Notes under the pieces: generated by a model
What the model was told of the DNA's origin: nothing
Database searches by the model: none
Seen by the model: the letters and a program-made list of their open reading frames with translations, nothing else
NCBI GenBank assembly: GCA_002269645.1
Contig: NIVC01001256.1
Span: 263,932 to 327,931, forward strand
Origin: Macrostomum lignano
Taxonomy: Eukaryota
Direction: 5' to 3'
DNA length: 64,000 nt
Shown here: one piece after another, positions 42,357 through 55,128 of the stretch
How positions within the stretch are numbered: position 1 is the stretch's first letter
Layout: each line of letters opens with the position of its first letter
Program-made: the position numbers and the translations under genes

Positions 42357-42813
42357 TAGGGGTCGGCGAACTTCGACCCGCGGGCCACATGCGGCCTTCA
42401 AAGCCTCTCTACCCTCTCCTCTCTCTCCCTTCTCTTCTCTTCTCTCCTCTCTCCGCTCTCCTTTCTCCTCTCTCTCTCCCCTCTGTCCCCTCTCTTCCCT
42501 TTTCTCCTCTTCTCACATCTCTCTCCCCCCTCTCTTCTTCTCTTCTCTTCTCTTCTCCTCTCTCCCCTCTTCGCTCTCCCCCCTCTATCTCTCCTATCCT
42601 CTTCTCTTTTCTCCCCTCTCTCCTCTCCACTCTCCCCCTCTCTCCTCTCTCCTCTCTCCTCTTCTCTCCTCTCTCCGCTTTCTTCTCTCCCCTCTCTCCT
42701 CTCTTCTCTCATCTCTTATCTTTGTTCCCTCTCCTTTTCACTCTCATCTGGCCCGCAGCCATGAGCTGCATTCTCTATCTGGCCATTGAGGTAAGAAAGT
42801 TTGCCAACCCCTG
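42357..42813. mobile_element. Non-autonomous hAT/Charlie-like DNA transposon (MITE) with CT-rich interior
   Basis: Left taggggtcggcgaactt vs right aagtttgccaacccctg (reverse complement caggggttggcaaactt; 14/17); flanks gtttaaa(t) and gtttaagc resemble a degenerate 8-bp TSD. Confidence 0.7.
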
Positions 42814-43130
42814 GTTTAAGCTGAGCTCGTCTGTTAGCCCGACAAGAAACTCGCATGCTCGTCTTCGTGAGGTTTCAGATTTTTTTACATTGAAATCAAC
42901 AAAATCCTTGCCCCTGTCATAACTATTTCCTGTTGTGTGCTCTGTTTGTCTGCTCCAAAGAAACCGCTTTTGGCTTAGAATTTTTTTCACCTTAATCCTC
43001 TCTTGTGTTTGCACTTTTAACTGTCTGGTTAATTTTGAAGAAAAATACAGAAATATTAAATCGAACTGATCCCCAAGTTGAAAAGCTCGAATCCGCTTTC
43101 ATAAATATCTGACTCGCCATAAGCCACTAA

Positions 43131-44232
43131 GACACGTCAGGAGCCTTCATGATAGCTAATAGTCTTTAGGATGCGAAGTAAACACACGTCAGGAGCCTTC
43201 ATGATAGCTAATAGTCTTTAGGATGCGAAGTAAACACACGTCAGGAGCCTTCATAGCTCATAATGATAGCTAATAGTCTTTAGGATGCGAAGTAAACACA
43301 CGTCAGGAGCCTTCATCATGATAGCTAATAGTCTTTAGGATGCGAAGTAAACACACGTCAGGAGCCTTCATGATAGCTAATAGTCTTTAGGATGCGAAGT
43401 AAACACACGTCAGGAGCCTTCATGATAGCTAATAGTCTTTAGGATGCGAAGTAAACACACGTCAGGAGCCTTCATAGCTCATAATGATAGCTAATAGTCT
43501 TTAGGATGCGAAGTAAACACACGTCAGGAGCCTTCATCATGATAGCTAATAGTCTTTAGGATGCGAAGTAAACACACGTCAGGAGCCTTCATCATGATAG
43601 CTAATAGTCTTTAGGATGCGAAGTAAACACACGTCAGGAGCCTTCATGATAGCTAATAGTCTTTAGGATGCGAAGTAAACACACGTCAGGAGCCTTCATG
43701 ATAGCTAATAGTCTAGGATGCGAAGTAAACACACGTCAGGAGCCTTCATGATAGCTAATAGTCTTTAGGATGCGAAGTAAACACACGTCAGGAGCCTTCA
43801 TGATAACTAATAGTCTTTAGGATGCGAAGTAAACACACGTCAGGAGCCTTCATGATAGCTAATAGTCTTTAGGATGCGAAGTAAACACACGTCAGGAGCC
43901 TTCATAGCTCATAATGATAGCTAATAGTCTTTAGGATGCGAAGTAAACACACGTCAGGAGCCTTCATCATGATAGCTAATAGTCTTTAGGATGCGAAGTA
44001 AACACACGTCAGGAGCCTTCATGATAGCTAATAGTCTTTAGGATGCGAAGTAAACACACGTCAGGAGCCTTCATCATGATAGCTAATAGTCTTTAGGATG
44101 CGAAGTAAACACACGTCAGGAGCCTTCATGATAGCTAATAGTCTTTAGGATGCGAAGTAAACACACGTCAGGAGCCTTCATCATGATAGCTAATAGTCTT
44201 TAGGATGCGAAGTAAACACACGCCAGGAGCCT
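43131..44232. repeat. 52-bp minisatellite, about 20 copies, with 55- and 62-bp length variants
   Basis: cacgtcag at 43133 and 43185; variable insertion after ccttcat. Confidence 0.96.
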
Positions 44233-45371
44233 TTGCGTCACGCGAGTATGTTTTTATCCAAAGTAGTTTGTGTAGAAGAAGTGCATCATATTCTCAGCGC
44301 ATCTGCAATGATATGCATGACTGAGGCACAGGCCTTCCCTTTATTAATATGAAGCCCCAGATCATTTACATCAGAGATGTAAAAGTGATCGCGAACTGAT
44401 TGAGACTTGCATGTAGGCTGGATGTTGGAGCAAGTACGAAATGCATTAGGAGAGGCTGAGGTCTGCGCTTCAGATGGGATCGAACGATGCAGAGTCTCAA
44501 AACCAGATTGATTAGTTCTGACCAGTAGCCATTTTGTTCCTAACGGAATTCAATCTGTTAGGATACACCTCAACCTGCAGCTGAGTACAGAAGCTTGTCC
44601 GCGCCAACAGCCAGACATTTGGGGCGTGGCTGGAGAGGCCGGCCGGCCATTCGCGAGTTTCAACTGCGCGTAGGTGGGCAAAAATAGCCGAGCAGATTCG
44701 ATGGGAGTGGCTCACATGGAATGAGACTGAATAAATTCGGCTGCTGAACAGCAGACAGTGGCCCTGAAAACTGACATAAATCGGCGAATAGGGGGTAAAC
44801 CATAATTAATGATCAAAGGCACATAATCAAGGAATGACCTGAAGGAACTAACTGAATGATCAGAGGAAACTGTGCTCAACAACAAAACAACTAGAAACTA
44901 TTACTGTAGTTTCGCGGAAGCAGAATGGCCCACCTGATATTTCCTGCGCAGTGCACCGCCGGTCCGACAGGGAGAAAGTGGCCAAACTGTGCGCTTTTGG
45001 CTCTGATCGAATCGCCAATTAGGGAAGCGCAATTAGCGGCGCGACAGCAGGAGAGTCTTTATGGGGAATAGCAGGGGCGGTTCCGCAGCGCAAAGCAGCT
45101 TCCTTTGCAGCTTCGCTTACTGCCGCGATTTAAAAATAGGCTCTGTGTACTGACGCCATGTAGTTTTGGAAAAGCGCTCGAGTAAAAGATCTGGGGGCAA
45201 TCTAACAGACAGGTTGCTCTTCTCAAAGAGAATCTGAGCACAAAAGTTGTCGTCCTTGGTCTGTCCAGGGGTCTCAGGCTTCACCTGAACAAATAGGCAC
45301 TCTATAGGCCAAGGCGTCCAAAATAGCAAAAAAATTTTGCTTGTTGCGATTTTAGTTCAACGCAAAGAAAC

Positions 45372-46180
45372 TCCCGATCCGCTCCAGAGAGTCACTCCCG
45401 ATCCGCTCCAGAGAGTCACTCCCGATCCGCTCCAGAGAGTCACTCCCGATCCGCTTCATAAAATCACTCCCGATCCGCTCCAGAGAGTCACTCCCGATCC
45501 GCCCCATAAAATCACTCCCGATCCGCTCCACAGAGTCACTCCCGATCCACCCCATAAAATCACTCCCGATCCGCTCCAGAGAGTCACTCCCGATCCGCCC
45601 CATAAAATCACTCCCGATCCGCTCCACAGAGTCACTCCCGATCCGCTTCATAAAATCACTCCCGATCCGCTCCAGAGAGTCACTCCCGATCAGCTCCAGA
45701 GAGTCACTCCCGATCCGCTCCAGAGAGTCACTCCCGATCCGCTTCATAAAATCACTCCCGATCCGCTCCAGAGAGTCACTCCCGATCCGCCCCATAAAAT
45801 CACTCCCGATCCGCTCCACAGAGTCACTCCCGATCCACCCCATAAAATCACTCCCGATCCACTCCAGAGTCACTCCCGATCCACTCCAGAGTCACTCCCG
45901 ATCCACTCCAGAGTCACTCCCGATCCACTCCAGAGTCACTCCCGATCCACTCCAGAGTCACTCCTGATCCACTCCAGAGTCACTCCCGATCCACTCCAGA
46001 GTCACTCCCGATCCACTCCAGAGTCACTCCCGATCCACTCCAGGGAGTCACTCCCGATCCACTCCAGAGTCACTCCCGATCCACTCCAGAGTCACTCCTG
46101 ATCCACTCCAGAGTCACTCCCGATCCACTCCAGAGAGTCACTCCCGATCCACTCCAGCGAGTCACTCCCGATCCGCTCCA
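45372..46180. repeat. 24-bp to 22-bp minisatellite (gagtcactcccgatccgctccaga)
   Basis: RVTPDPLQ periodicity, shifting to 22-nt units after ~45860. Confidence 0.94.
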
Positions 46181-48041
46181 GAAATTCGAATCCCGATCCC
46201 TCCCGATCCCTTCTCTCGATCCCAGACAATAGCGAATCTGATCCTACCATAGCATAGCGCACAAAAATGAGAATCGCAACAGATGGAACCGGATTTTTAA
46301 GTGAAACAATTGGAGTAGGAAAGTCGACTGGGTCCTGTAAACTTCAAACTGCAACTTATCGGATTTCTCCAATTACCAAATCCACAGCCGCGGAAGCTTG
46401 GAACATAAAGCCCAACCAAATGCTTCTTTTTATATCCAGTTTAGCGTCGTCAATGGGAATAGTTGGATCCGGATTAGGGAACGGGATTATGTCTTACTTT
46501 GAATTCCCCTCAGATGACAGCCAGATTACTTCGCTTGTCCAGTCCACTTTCAGCTGATTGCAGAGAAGAAAATTGTTTTGCATCTTCAGCAGTCAACACA
46601 CGGCTGTGCTTGCCGGCTTGCACTTACACAAGGAGTTCTACATGCAGCATCAGGATAGGAAATTGACTGCAGTAAATTGATTAGCGCACAAATTATAGCC
46701 GGTCTCAAAGCATGCGTGGTTGGATTTGCAAGAATTTAGTTTGCGCTTTCTTTGAAAGCAGATATTTATTTTTATTAGAGGCAGGGGCTACGTGCACCCT
46801 AGCGCACTTCAAGCGACATTGTCACACGTTCCGCGGACTCCCCTGAGCAGGCACACAAGCGTGCGGATACGCGGATACAAGCACAAGCACACACAAGAGT
46901 GTGCAGCGGCCATAACTTAGCATGTACACAGTTGCACTTCACTTTGCCTTGGGGGTTGGCCCTCCAAGCCGCTAATTGCACGAGCAGAGCCCAGGCCGAG
47001 ATTCCAATTTAGCCCCAAATCAACGACTGCACTTGGAATCGAGCCTGGGCCGTTGGAGCGCCAGGCTTATTTATGCGGATTTTTCGGTTTCCAATCCAAA
47101 TAGGCTGCTCCAGAGCTCCCTGACTTACTCATCAGCCGGGAACTAGGGTTCGGGAAGAAGGGACCCGTCACACAACGAAAGGGGAGTCGCAGGCGCACCG
47201 GGGAGGAAATTAACTTATTTGGCCCGGCCACCTGGCAGCAGCTGGCAGGGCACAGCCGGCTGCGTCAGAGGCTGAGTAAGAGAGAAGAACTGCATCAGAG
47301 ACGCAAAAAGCTTCTTAAAGAGACAGTGAAACCTTGAAATTAATCAAAAAATACACCCAGAAAGCTGCACTATTTAGGATTCATTTTCCTAAGAGGCGAG
47401 GCAAGGCAGCGACGCGCAATTATAAATTTCGAATTCCAATCTATTTATTTAGTTATAAGCAGCAAAGAACAATTCTGACAGACAAGAGTGAGACAATATT
47501 GCTACTACTAAATATGTTACAGAACTTCTTCTCTATAGAAATATTTTGGTGCATAGCTCGTAGTGAAACGTCCAATAAGTAAATATGATTCTAACTGCAC
47601 TACTGCTACGAGTAGTAGGACAGTTCGAGGGTCCATTAACTAAATGAAACACTGTAATTTAATAAAGTGAAGGGCTAATATTCACAGAGACCCAAACCCC
47701 CTGGGGTGAACATCTTTGGCCCAGGTCTCAGAAATACATTTAAAACACTGATGGGCCCACAGATACTAAAATAACAGGATATATCACTCGCAAAAGTGCG
47801 ATCATTTACAATATATATATATATATATATATGTTTTTTGAAGCTGCAACAGTCGCCACTGGCTTTCTACAATCAGACACGTTAAACTGGGATATTCATC
47901 CTGTTTTGCCGACTCTAGACTGAAGATTACAGAAGAACTTGAAAAAAACCTAATCCAGTGCGTGCATAGCGAGCAATCGAGAAAAGTGGTAGCGCCCCAG
48001 CCAGGCCGATAATGTTTGGCTTTCCTCTTGCCGGCTTGCGC

Positions 48042-48395
48042 CTGACTTTGACCTCTTTCCTTACTGCTCTCTCATTGGCTGAGCTAGATTGGGCCTGCCC
48101 CTGGCTGGGTTTCGTCCGTCTGACTTTGACCTCTTTCCTTACTGCTCTCTCATTGGCTGAGCTAGATTGGGCCTGCCCCTGGCTGGGTTTCGTCCGTCTG
48201 ACTTTGACCTCTTTCCTTACTGCTCTCTCATTGGCTGAGCTAGATTGGGCCTGCCCCTGGCTGGGTTTCGTCCGTCTGACTTTGACCTCTTTCCTTACTG
48301 CTCTCTCATTGGCTGAGCTAGATTGGGCCTGCCCTAGGCTGGGTTTCGTCCGTCTGAATTTGAACTCTCTCCTTACTGCTCTCTCATTGGCTGAG
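48042..48395. repeat. 78-bp tandem repeat, about 4.5 copies
   Basis: ctgactttg at 48042, 48120, 48198, 48276. Confidence 0.95.
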
Positions 48396-48950
48396 TTTCG
48401 ATCGCTTGTGTACATCGAGTTACATGCTTGTTGTTCATTCTTAATCCAGTATGCTCTTGAGGCCAAAAACCCGGAAGAGAGGAAAGGAAATTTTAGCTAC
48501 CACAATAACTTTAAGAGTGATACTGCGTCTAAAAAAAGAGCAGACGCTCTAATTTTCACAACTGTAATTGCGGATGACATTTAGTTACTCTACTATCTAC
48601 TAAGCATCTGTGAAATATATTGGCCTTTCTCCTTGTGCGACTCTATTGGCTCATTTATCCGCCTCTTAACCCATCCAACACGACCGCGTCTTCCAATAGT
48701 GAACCCCTCTACCCCCATTTTATTGCCTTCCTCAGTCATGTACACTGAGTGACGCTAGCCAATTTACATTATCACTTTACTAGCAAGCAACCGAATTGCC
48801 TTTTTTCATCCAAATCAAAAATTCTGTCGTGGCATAAAAAATTAGAAATTCATGCGCACTCATATGCCCAAAATAAAGTAGACTGATTGCATTTTGCAAA
48901 TAAAATTTAACAAACGACCTAACTAGTGTTTCTACTAACTAAGGCTCAAG

Positions 48951-49281
48951 TTAATCATCCAGTCCCAGCTGCAGCAGATCCGAGCCCACTATTGGCGGTG
49001 TCGGTGCAGCCGCTGCAGCCGCCGGGGAGGCCGACACGGGCCCAGACAGTCCCAGCAGGGGATTCTCCATGCCGACAGTCACGGAGCCCAACAGGGCGGC
49101 GGCTTCGGCGTGGTCGAATCGTCTGGAATCGACGGTCAGACCAAGGCGGACCAGCGGCGGCTCCGGACTGTCGCTGCTGACGCTCGCTGACGGAGTGCCG
49201 ACAGTCAGCAGCAGGGGGGCCTCCGGATGCAGCACAAAGTGGGCGAACTGAACGGCCGGCTGGTCGGAGAGGTCGCACACT
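48951..49281 (-). CDS. PDHX: Pyruvate dehydrogenase complex E3-binding protein, last exon (inner-core domain C-terminus)
   Basis: Acceptor aaattcag|A, phase 2; VRLGLTVDSRRFD...MENPLL has DSR in place of the catalytic DHR, as in PDHX. Confidence 0.8.
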
Positions 49282-49407
49282 CTGAATTTTTATGAAACGC
49301 GTTCGATTTTTCATTAAACCTACTAACAGTAGCTTGCAAAAACAGTAAACTAATTTTTTAAACGGTTAATGAAGAAAAAATCTTTAACAATGAATCTAGT
49401 CAATGTA

Positions 49408-49980
49408 TGGGAATTGCTGAGATTCAGTGGCTCAAGGGGGAATTGCTGAGATTCAGTGGCTCCAGGGGGAATTGCTGAGATTCAGTGGCTCAAGGGGGAA
49501 TTGCTGAGATTCAGTGGCTCAAAGGGGGAATTGCTGAGATTCAGTGGCTCAAGGGGGAGTTGCTGAGATTCAGTGGCTCAAGGGGGAGTTGCTGAGATTC
49601 AGTGGCTCAAAGGGGGAATTGCTGAGATTCAGTGGCTCAAAGGGGGAATTGCTGAGATTCAGTGGCTCAAAGGGGGAATTGCTGAGATTCAGTGGCTCAA
49701 GGGGGAGTTGATGAGATTCAGTGGCTCAAAGGGGGAATTGCTGAGATTCAGTGGCTCAAGGGGGAGTTGCTGAGATTCAGTGGCTCAAGGGGGAGTTGAT
49801 GAGATTCAGTGGCTCCAGGGGGAATTGCTGAGATTCAGTGGCTCAAGGGGGAATTGCTGAGATTCAGTGGCTCAAATGGGGAGTTGCTGAGAATCAGTGG
49901 CTCAAATGGGGAGTTGATGAGATTCAGTGGCTCCAGGGGGAATTGCTGAGATTCAGTGGCTCAAAAAGGGAGTTGCTGAG
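49408..49980. repeat. 29/30-bp minisatellite (gaattgctgagattcagtggctcaagggg), PDHX intron
   Basis: gaattg at 49411 and 49440. Confidence 0.95.
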
Positions 49981-50070
49981 TTTAATGCCTTTTGGCCCGA
50001 GTCTAACTGTAATAAAAGCATCTGTCATGACTCATGCGATAAACAGCTCGGAGAGCGCATGCCAACTCAC

Positions 50071-51094
50071 ACAGCCGCTAGCGGGCCGGAGTCGCTGTTG
50101 GCAGACGCCGCCTCTGCCAGGCGCCTGTCAATCTCGCGCAGGCCCATCGCTTGGGCGCGCGGCAGCCGGACTAATCTGGGCAGAGCCGGCGCCGCCAGCA
50201 GCAGGGCGCCGATGTTCACCGGATCGGCCTCGGAGCCACCGCCGGACAGCGCGCTGGCCAGGGCGCGCACAGCCAGGGCGACAATCGAGGAGGGGGCGCC
50301 GGAGGCGGGCAGGCGCGGCCTGCAGGAGGCGGTGGCGTAGGCGTGCGGCGCGGCCGACTTGATGGCCGCCTGGAGGGCCGCCCAGTCGCGCAGGCCGGGC
50401 GCCACGGGATGGTCCAGGTAGCCCGGCTGGGTCCGCGGCTCTAGGGGCCGCATCGACGGCCGGCTGGCGGAGTCAGCGGCGGGGGCGCCGGGGACAGCGG
50501 CAGGGGCGGCGGGGACAGCGGCAGGGGTGGCGGGGACAGCGGCAACCCCTGCAGACGGGGCGGAAGCGGCAGCAGCTACGGCAGCAGGCGGAGCGGATTT
50601 GACCTGGGCGAGAACGTCTGACTTCAGCAGGGTGCCGTGCGGCCCGGTGGCGCGCAGGTCGGCAGGGGTCAGGCGATGCAGCCGAATGAGCAGCTGGGCG
50701 GCCGGGCCGATGCGGCGAGGCGGCGAGGCTGTTGACGATAGTGGCGGCGTCGACGATGTTGAAGGCGAAGGTGAAGGCGGGGCAGCGGCAGAGGGCGGCT
50801 TATCGGCTGCAGTGGCCAGCTTGGCGGCCTCTGAAGCCACGGCTTGCCAGTCCTCGCCGGGGTCGGCCATAACGGCGATGACGTCGCCAACTGAGCCGGC
50901 GGAGCCGTCGGCGCGGAGCACCCGGGCCAGGACGCCTTCGTCGTCAAATTCGAAGGACACGACCGCCTTGTCGGTTTGAATGTCGCACAGAATGTCGCCG
51001 GGCTGCACCGTATCGCCCTCGGCTTTGTGCCACTTCACAATGGTGCCCTCGGACATTGTGGGAGACAAGGAGGGCATGCGCACGCTGGTGGAGT
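50071..51094 (-). CDS. PDHX: PDHX exon: lipoyl domain, Ala/Pro linker, peripheral subunit-binding domain, start of inner core
   Basis: MPSLSPTMSEGTIVKW...IQTDKA (lipoyl Lys)...GEDWQAV; PSBD IGPAAQLL...ATGPHGTLLKSDV; acceptor tgcacag|AC, donor GT|gtgagt phase 2 joins 49281 in frame. The transit-peptide exon was not found. Confidence 0.85.
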
Positions 51095-54000
51095 CTGTGC
51101 AGTTGGGGGGGGGCGGAGTAGCGGATTGTTAGAATTTGTGAGGGCGAGGCTGTTACAGAGTTCGAGTCGGATTTCTATATGGTTGCATCATATCCTACTG
51201 GCACCTTTTTGGACAAATTTAATCATTTAATCATTTTCTAGAAAAAAATTTGCTCCCAGTCATCTGTTAAATTTGTGATTCCTATCTCTCCCAGAGGCAT
51301 TTCTTAGTGCAGTGTGACCTCTAGTACAGGGTGGCCATGCAGTATGCTTATGCTAGTTGTGTTCAACTCCATTGCAGAGGCCATGGCAAGGCAAAGTTAC
51401 CCCACTACTTTCTGCATCACAAGAATAACATCTTCTAATACATATAGCATACAACACAATGTAGCATATTGAGACATCTGGCACTAGCATCAAGCTAGTA
51501 GGTGCACTACTTATTCTTTCTATTAACTTAAAAAAGCATTTATAGATCTAGGAAATATGTTTTATAAAATTTTAAAATAAAGAGGACATTTAATAAACTA
51601 CACTAAACACTAGAGATCATATAGGATCATTTTGAGGATTAGGAATTTATCTTTACCTCTACTAAGACCTAATAGATTTATTAAAGACTTAGTGAAGGTT
51701 ACATTTTTTGTTTTTTTATTAAAAACCAACAAAAATGTCTTACAAAAAATATTAGCCAAAATAAATCATAAATAATATAACCAAGGCAAGAAATTTCCTT
51801 ATTTTGCTTTAGAACTAATATTTTATCTAAATAAAAGCCAATCCCTTCTTTACTTTTTCAATATTGGACTAAAATTTACCAATATTTAAGTTTCTAAGTA
51901 GAGCTAAGTGAGCAACATAGATTAAAAATTTTTTTTTTTAAATAGCAAAAATGTAACATTTTCCTAGTATAGACTTTAGTTTAGTAATTGTTCTTAATTT
52001 ATTGTAACTGTATTGTATATACTTTTAAAGAATAAACTACAAACTAAGATTAGATATGGCTACTAAAGTTAAAATTGGATTGCTTATCAAAAAGCATAGA
52101 CATCAAAATGTCAAATTTCTAATAGCATGTCTAGCAGGATGGAATTCTTGCTCGGGGGTAGGAAAATGCGCGCGCAAGTTTTTGGAGCAGCGCGCAAGTT
52201 TTTGGAGCAGCGCACAAGCATGCAAGCCAGCTATAAAAAAAGTCATAATGCAGATCATGGCCCATGGGCTAAAAATGAAATTTCTAGTTTTTCAATTCTT
52301 ATGCCGATGTAAATTAGAAATTTGTACTTTAAGTGTAAGGTAGCTTGAACACTATACTTTTTAGAGAAAATATTCTTTAAAAATTATAGGAGTTTCACTG
52401 AACTTTAAAGTAACTGTTTTTGCTAAAAACTATTATTCTTTATTTTACTTTTGTTTAAAATTTTCTGGCAAAAACAACCTTCCAGACTATGAAAAGTAGG
52501 AGAACTTGAGTGTGTATACACTACATGGCACATAGGCCTAACCATGTTGAATGCATGTAAAAGTCAAATCCTGTCTTTGATTCTGCAGCAAACAGCTTCT
52601 TTGCAAGCGCATACAATGGAGCATGCACATACCTTCTTTAAGAGCACGCAAGTAAACTCCTTTTCAGCATGCAAGCGCGCACAAATATGACAAGCATGCA
52701 CAAACGTGTAACAACTTTTGTGCAAGACCACACTCTCGAATCTGTTGTATGGTACGCCGGAAAAAATGACCCCTTACGCCATAAATTTAAGTTTATGCCA
52801 GAAAAAAATTTTGTACATGATATGTACGCCGGAACGAAATTGCAACGTTACGCTAAATTGAAACTCACATTTTAGGTCCCTTTTCTTTTTGAGTAAAATT
52901 ACCTTTTACTTTAATAAACACAAAAATCTGAGAATAAATAAATAGTAACTGTTGTATAGTGTTTCTTGTTTTGTATTTTGTTTTAACATTTTGTTTGTAA
53001 AAACATTTTTAAACATTTTTTGTACGTCAATTGAACATACAATATGTGAATACATCATTTTATATGTCTACTGCCACGCCAGACATCTGCGCCAGACACC
53101 GATACGCCGGCGCAGTGGCGCACAATTGGCATAGCTGTTGTGTTACGCCGGATGTTATACGCCAAGCATATTTTCAGGTCTACTGTACGCCGGAATTTTC
53201 CGGCGTATATGTAAGATTCGGGAGTGGGGGTGCAAGAATTCCATCCTGGTATGTCTACATAATCCTAACAAATATTTAACTTGTTTTAATATTGAGAAAA
53301 TAGCTTAGCATTTTGCCATTTTAATGGTTCAAATTAAGCTATTTTTACTAAATCTTAAAATATAGTCGAATTTTACTTTAAATATACTTACAATATATTT
53401 CCAAGAGAAAACTTGCAAAAACATGGCTCTTACTTAGTCTTAAGTCTTATTATCAATGGACAATGAGTGGATATGAGACAACCAACCTACAGCTAATAGG
53501 AGTCAACATATTTCTATTAATAATACCATTGAGGTAAAAAACTAACTTTTAACATGTTTATAAACTTATTTTAACTTACAACGATATTGAGGACTCTTAT
53601 TGTATCCAGTATAAGTGAGACCAATTTGTTTGAGAAGTTGCTTTTGATGGAGATGGCAATGCCATTGGATCGGTATTTGGTTTGATTTATGAAGCCGACA
53701 ACACAAACTCTTGAATATAGGGCTCGCTTTTCCTCGAATAGTTATAAACGATATCATTTTATTAGTTGCTATTACTTTCACCAAACTAGTGTTTGCACTA
53801 ATAAGTTAGCTTAACTTAAATTTATATTTTCTTGATTCAGTTCCTCGAAAATTCCGAGTTAAGATGTTGCAGTTTAAAAGGAATAAACAAAGGGTTTGCT
53901 TGTTAGAGATAAAAAACGATTAGACTCGGTTTTAGAAAAAATTAACTGACTAATCTTTAAAACTAGAAAAGACTTGCTAATAAATATAACGTTTTAATTT

Positions 54001-55128
54001 TAAGATAAAATTCTCGCTGCAATCCTGAGTTAAGATGAAGGAATTAAATTTTTCGGCTTGGAATCATTTAAACCTTAATTCGACAATTGCGGTAGACAGT
54101 TTCATTATTTTTTTCAAAACATTTCGAAAAGTATATTTAAGGCTTTAAGGCCCAATATAAGCCAAAATGAGTCATCATATCGCACGATTGATATATAATG
54201 CAATGCAAAATATATGTACTAGCCGTGTAATCAAGAAAATGTTGCCATACGTACTGGAGTGGCGGCCGGGTATAAACGTTGCTTAACATTTCTTGATGCA
54301 GATTACATTGCATAGTTTACAGGTTCATTTAGTCCTATCTAGCACATATTTTTACATGTTTTCCGGGCGTGTCTTTTAAGCTTTCGTGTGATGTACGGTA
54401 CCGTATATTGTTGCATTGGTCTGGCCCAGTGGCTCCATGTTCAATTCTCTCATTATCTTGACTTTCATAAAGTGAATCTGATGTTTACAATAACGTAATA
54501 ATAATAATGCCTTACTCAATTGAAGGTACAAATACTTATCTAGATACATATCGTAGCGCTATGCTGCTATGCTGTCTCTCTCCTTATCCTCGCTCTTGTT
54601 GGGCCGGTGGATCAAGCCGGGTTTGGGGGGCTATGGCCTTGGCCTACGCTCCCCCGCCCGTTATAAAAGCTACATGTAGGACCAATCTTAACTTATAAGA
54701 GATAAAAAACCGTGCAAGAGTGCACATGCAGAGCATGCAAGCAATTAAATGCTAATTGACAGGACTTCAAACCTGCCAAAAAGTTTTCTGCTTTTATTCA
54801 AATAATTTTGAAACTGCTGTCAATGAAGACTGTTTGTTAAAGATAATGGAAGCACCGGAAGTAGAAAAGCCGCGTTAATATTGCATGCAGTAGAGCTGAC
54901 AGATTCATTTTTAATGGTAAATCAAATAAAAAAAGCATTTTCCCACTACGACATGAATAGAACAATCTAATGGTTTCGATTGTAATTTACATGCAACACA
55001 GCGACCAATCAAACGGGAAAAGTTAGTTATGAATGCATCTATATTGCATTGTAAACTGGTAAAATACCGAGCCCACTTGGGAAGAGCCAATGTGGGAGAG
55101 CTTATGTAGGAAAGACCTGTCATCAATT

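Noticed and set aside
43131-44232. Possible CRISPR array (also considered 19704-20003 and 33852-34378)
   Set aside because: Units are head-to-tail with no unique spacers, there are no cas genes, and the context is eukaryotic with spliced genes.
50067-51083. Annotation as DLAT (E2) or as a complete single-exon ORF
   Set aside because: The ORF stop lies just inside an intron (gtgagt donor), and the spliced C-terminus has DSR, not the catalytic DHR.
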